A model generated the notes under the pieces. That model worked only from the letters and a program-made list of their open reading frames with translations. It was not told the DNA's origin and made no database searches. Positions 60,296 through 64,000 of a DNA stretch of 64,000 nt are shown here, piece by piece. The DNA comes from Vulcanimicrobiota bacterium (GTDB lineage Bacteria > Vulcanimicrobiota > Vulcanimicrobiia > Vulcanimicrobiales > Vulcanimicrobiaceae), in NCBI GenBank assembly GCA_963820825.1, contig CAWGBN010000006.1:512001-576000 (forward strand), in the 5' to 3' direction. A program made the position numbers and the translations under genes. Numbering within the stretch: position 1 is the first letter of the stretch; every line of letters starts with the position of its first letter.

Positions 60296-61001
60296 ACTCG
60301 CGGCGATGTTGTGTGGCTGCACGGTTCATACCATATACCACACGAAGGCAGCGATTAGCGCATCGGCGCATCTGAGCCGTGCCCTTAACGTCGCGTTAAG
60401 CTGGCCCTGGCCCGCGAACGTCGACGCGCTCAAAGGCGCGATGCTCGTTCGCGACGGACCGCCGCTCGCGCATCCCGAGCTCGCGATCGCGCGAGCGATT
60501 CTTCGCACGAATCCGCGTCTCGCACCGGCTGCCGCGCTGCTCTTCGCCGGTGCGACCGCGAATGCGGCGCGCGCGAACGCGCTTGCGCCGGAGTTTCTCG
60601 GCGCCACGCTACTCCAAGAGTCTGCCTACGATCCGCGCGCGCTCTCCGCTGCGGGTGCGATCGGCATCGCTCAGTTCATGCCCGACACGGCCGCCGGCGT
60701 CGGCGTCGATCCGTACGATCCGTTCGCTTCGATCGACGCCGCCGCGGCGTTGCTCGGCGGCTACGCCGCGGCCTATCGCAATCGCTACGCCGATCCGTAC
60801 GCGACGGCGCTTGCGGCCTACAACGCCGGCCCGCTCGCCGTCGCCGCCTATCGCGGCGTGCCCCCGTACGCCGAGACGCGCGAGTATGTCGCGCTGATCT
60901 ACGACCGCTGGGCGCGCATCGTCTCGTACGAATCGCCGGTCGGCCACCCGCTACCGAGCGAGGCGCAGGCGGCTCACGAGGTGAAGAACAGGCCGAGATG
61001 A
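60273..61001 (+). CDS. Lytic transglycosylase (SLT domain); start uncertain
   Basis: QES, GAIGIAQFMPDTA, ALAAYNAG and PPYAETREYV. Confidence 0.88.
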   Translation: MRAVINVILAAMLCGCTVHTIYHTKAAISASAHLSRALNVALSWPWPANVDALKGAMLVRDGPPLAHPELAIARAILRTNPRLAPAAALLFAGATANAARANALAPEFLGATLLQESAYDPRALSAAGAIGIAQFMPDTAAGVGVDPYDPFASIDAAAALLGGYAAAYRNRYADPYATALAAYNAGPLAVAAYRGVPPYAETREYVALIYDRWARIVSYESPVGHPLPSEAQAAHEVKNRPR

Positions 61002-61480
61002 CGATCTCGCGTGCCGGAGCGGCGATACTGGTCGCCTTCACCGCGGCCGGATGTGCCTTTAATGCAAGTCCCGCCGACGGATTGCGCTTTCAAGCGCCGC
61101 CGGGCTGGCAATCCTCGCCCGGCATCATGGGCTTCATGCAGTTCTGGAAGCCGCCGGTGGGTCGTCATGAGGCGCTCATCCTCTTCAAGTCGCCCAAGCC
61201 GATCAATCCGAGCGACGTCACGGCGCAGCCGGGCGTCGACGACTCCTTGAAGAACACGACGATCCAGCGGCGCGAGAGCATCGTTATCTGCGGGCGGCAA
61301 CCGGCGATCTATATGCAGGCGCGCGGGACGTCGTCCCGCGGCGGTGACGAGTCGCGGGTGGAGATGGTGATGACCACCATCGGCGGCGCGACGTACTTCG
61401 CGCTCTACGCGCGGCCGATGGGTGTCCCGGCGAACCCGATCGCCGAAGCCGCGTTACGGGAACTCTGCCCGAAGCCCTAG
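60998..61480 (+). CDS. Lipoprotein
   Basis: TAAGC lipobox; ATGA overlap with the upstream gene. Confidence 0.7.
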   Translation: MTISRAGAAILVAFTAAGCAFNASPADGLRFQAPPGWQSSPGIMGFMQFWKPPVGRHEALILFKSPKPINPSDVTAQPGVDDSLKNTTIQRRESIVICGRQPAIYMQARGTSSRGGDESRVEMVMTTIGGATYFALYARPMGVPANPIAEAALRELCPKP

Positions 61481-61484
61481 CCGT

Positions 61485-62900
61485 TTGCCGCGCCCAAGCA
61501 TCGTAAAGCAGCTACTCTCGCGCCAGCCGTTGGGCTGGACCGCGGGCGAGGGCCAGGGACCGAAGCTGCGGCGCGTCTTGGGGTGGCCGGCGCTCACCGC
61601 GATCGGCTTGGGGACCATGCTCGGCGGCATCTTCCCGACGATCGGTGCCGGCGCGCATGCGGCCGGTCCGGGCGTCATCCTCGCCTACGTGCTCTCCGGA
61701 CTCGTAAGCCTCTGCGTCGCGCTCTGCTACGCCGAGTTTGCGTCGATGGTGCCGGTCGCCGGTAGCGCCTATACCTACGCGTATGCGACGCTCGGCGAGC
61801 TCGTCGCGTGGATCATCGGCTGGGACTTGATTCTCGAATACGGGCTCTCGCTCGCCCCGACCGCATCGTCGCTCTCCGATTACTTTCAGCACATGCTCGG
61901 CAACGTGGGGATCGTCTTTCCCGCCTGGGCGCAAACCGCGAACGTGCACGCGGCGCATCCACAGATCGATCTATCTGCCGCGATCGTCACGCTCGCGGTG
62001 ACGCTGCTCGTCGCGGTCGGGATCCGCGAGTCGGCCGGCGTCAACGGCGCGCTCGTCGTGCTTCAAATTCTCGCGATGATCGTCTTCATCGTCGCGGTCG
62101 CGCACGCGGTGCATCCGTCGAATCTTCGGCCGTTCACGCCGTTCGGCTATCACGGCGTGCTTGCGAGCACGGCCCTCGTCTTCTTCGCCTACATCGGCTT
62201 CGATACGGTGACCGTCGCATCGGAAGAGGCGAAGAATCCCGAGCGCAACGTACCGATCGGCGTGATTCTGGCGCTGACGATCGGGGGAATTCTTTACGTC
62301 GGGCTCACGCTCTGTACGGTCGGCGTCCTGCGATTCGATCGCCTCTCCGACGGCGCGGCGATGCTCGATGCGCTCGGAGCGGTGAGCAAGAGTCACACGC
62401 TCTACTGGATCGTCGCGATCGGCGGCCTCGCCGGAAATGCAACGGTGATGCTCACCTCGCTGCTCGGACAGGTGCGCATCTTCTACGTGATGGCGCGCGA
62501 TCGAATGCTGCCGCCGGGCGTCGCGCACATCCACCACGTCTTTCGAACGCCCGCGCGCATGACCCTGATCACGGGCGCGATCGTCGCCGTCTTCGCCGCC
62601 GTGCTGCCGTTGACCGAGTTGCTGACGCTGGTGAACATCGGAACGCTCGCAGCCTTCGCAATCGTCTGCGCCGGCGTCTTGGTTCTGCGGATCGTGAATC
62701 CGACGGCGGAGCGTCCTTTCCGAGCCCCGCTCTTACCGCTCTTTGCGATTGCCGGGGGCGCCTCGTGCCTCTATCTCGTCACCGGATTGCAAGTTGCAAC
62801 GTGGGTTCGCTACGGGATCTGGTTCCTGGTCGGAATTTTCGTCTACGCGCTCTACGGCTTTCGTAACTCCCGCCTGCGGGTCGAGCTGATCGAACCGTAA
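61485..62900 (+). CDS. Amino acid permease (APC family)
   Basis: GLGTMLGGIF, GSAYTY and FAYIGFD; probable TTG start. Confidence 0.93.
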   Translation: MPRPSIVKQLLSRQPLGWTAGEGQGPKLRRVLGWPALTAIGLGTMLGGIFPTIGAGAHAAGPGVILAYVLSGLVSLCVALCYAEFASMVPVAGSAYTYAYATLGELVAWIIGWDLILEYGLSLAPTASSLSDYFQHMLGNVGIVFPAWAQTANVHAAHPQIDLSAAIVTLAVTLLVAVGIRESAGVNGALVVLQILAMIVFIVAVAHAVHPSNLRPFTPFGYHGVLASTALVFFAYIGFDTVTVASEEAKNPERNVPIGVILALTIGGILYVGLTLCTVGVLRFDRLSDGAAMLDALGAVSKSHTLYWIVAIGGLAGNATVMLTSLLGQVRIFYVMARDRMLPPGVAHIHHVFRTPARMTLITGAIVAVFAAVLPLTELLTLVNIGTLAAFAIVCAGVLVLRIVNPTAERPFRAPLLPLFAIAGGASCLYLVTGLQVATWVRYGIWFLVGIFVYALYGFRNSRLRVELIEP

Positions 62901-62961
62901 GGCCGCCCAAAAAGGCCTGGGAAGAAGGGTTGCTCGGGCCCCTGCCGGGAAGCGGCGGTCC

Positions 62962-63960
62962 TTGGCTACTCACATCGCGGCCGGCGACCGATTCGAGCTC
63001 ATAACCGTGCCGCAATCCCGCGGCGTGCCCTCGTTTGCGCAAGACGTCGCGCGCGGTCTGACCTCGGAACCAAAGCGCTTGCCGTGCAAGTATTTTTACG
63101 ACGAGGTCGGATCGGCGCTCTTCGATACGATCACGCGCTTGTCCGAATACTACCTCACCGGCGCCGAAGCGGAGATTCTCTCCGAATGGGGATGGCAGAT
63201 CGTTCGTCTGCTCGACGCACCCGTCGATTTCTTGGAGCTGGGGAGCGGCAGCGCGGTGAAGACGCGATTGCTGATCGGCGAAGCGCTGCGCGTGCAGACC
63301 GAGCTTTGCTATAGTCCGATCGACATTTCGACCGAGGCCCTGCGAGCGTCGTCGCTGGCGCTCGTGGAGAGCTTTCCGACGCTTCGCGTCCGGGCCTACG
63401 CGGGCGATTACTTCGACGTGCTCGAGTCGCACGCGGTTCGCCTCGGGGGCAAGACGCTCGCGATGCTGCTCGGCTCGAACATCGGAAACTACGAACCGCT
63501 CGAAGGAGCCGAGCTCTTGCGCCTGCTCGGTGCCGCGCTGCGCTCCGGCGATGGTTTGCTGCTCGGCGCCGACCTCAAGAAGGATCGCGCGACGCTCGAG
63601 CTCGCCTACGACGATCCCACCGGCGTTACCGCGGCCTTCAACCGGAATCTGCTCGCACGCATCAATCGCGAGCTCGGTGCGGATTTCGACGTGCGCAACT
63701 TCAATCACGTCGCGCGCTACGACGCCGTGCGCGGCTCGGTCGATTCGTTTTTGGAGGCGCGTGAGAGCACAACGGTCTCCGTGCCGGCGATCGATTTGCA
63801 AGTAAGCGTTCGCTCGGGGGAACGAATTCACACGGAATCGTCGTATAAATTTAGTGACGAGGACGTCGTTGGGCTCGGCTGCGCCGCCGGCTTTGCGCCG
63901 GCATCGGCCTGGCACGACCGCGCCAACCGCTTCAGTCTGCACCTGTTAGTCAAGAAGTAA
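62962..63960 (+). CDS. egtD: L-histidine N-alpha-methyltransferase (ergothioneine biosynthesis)
   Basis: PKRLPCKYFYDEVGS, ELGSGS, GSNIGN, AYDDPTG and HTESSYKF. Confidence 0.92.
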   Translation: MATHIAAGDRFELITVPQSRGVPSFAQDVARGLTSEPKRLPCKYFYDEVGSALFDTITRLSEYYLTGAEAEILSEWGWQIVRLLDAPVDFLELGSGSAVKTRLLIGEALRVQTELCYSPIDISTEALRASSLALVESFPTLRVRAYAGDYFDVLESHAVRLGGKTLAMLLGSNIGNYEPLEGAELLRLLGAALRSGDGLLLGADLKKDRATLELAYDDPTGVTAAFNRNLLARINRELGADFDVRNFNHVARYDAVRGSVDSFLEARESTTVSVPAIDLQVSVRSGERIHTESSYKFSDEDVVGLGCAAGFAPASAWHDRANRFSLHLLVKK

Positions 63961-63970
63961 GGAGCACCCG

Positions 63971-64000
63971 ATGGTTGGCACGCGCGCGCTCTCGCGTTTT
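63971..64000 (+). CDS. Start of the next gene (partial); egtB is plausible from context only
   Basis: AAGGAG SD followed by ATG (MVGTRALSRF). Confidence 0.5.
   Translation, partial: MVGTRALSRF

Overview
GC-rich bacterial chromosomal window. The gene families present (two phosphoesterase/PLC paralogues, an XRE-STAND-TPR protein, a PDZ-membrane-GAF protein, a TonB-dependent receptor, a caa3-type oxidase) suggest a diderm soil bacterium, possibly Ca. Eremiobacterota/Vulcanimicrobiota; this is inference only. Recognisable housekeeping genes: rpiA, nanE, coxBAC, ctaA, ctaB, an aidB-like gene, prfC and egtD. I found no rRNA, tRNA, CRISPR array, integrase or transposase. Four candidates stand out. 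(1) A tightly coupled minus-strand operon at <1-8075 encodes at least four large paralogous proteins without signal peptides. They share an N-terminal core domain and carry tandem beta-rich repeats; the leftmost gene runs off the window and is missing from the ORF track. (2) A multi-pass membrane ORF (12845-13519) ends in an RGPP arrest-type motif, and its Pro-Pro codons can base-pair with the Shine-Dalgarno of the downstream TonB-dependent receptor, suggesting a ribosome-stalling switch. (3) A phage-free four-gene cassette (33979-37062) encodes a membrane protein, an alpha/beta hydrolase, an amidase and an M15-like peptidase. (4) REP-like palindromes lie inside a BNR-repeat hydrolase gene. 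Six single-base +1 insertions break four genes and are probably long-read consensus errors.
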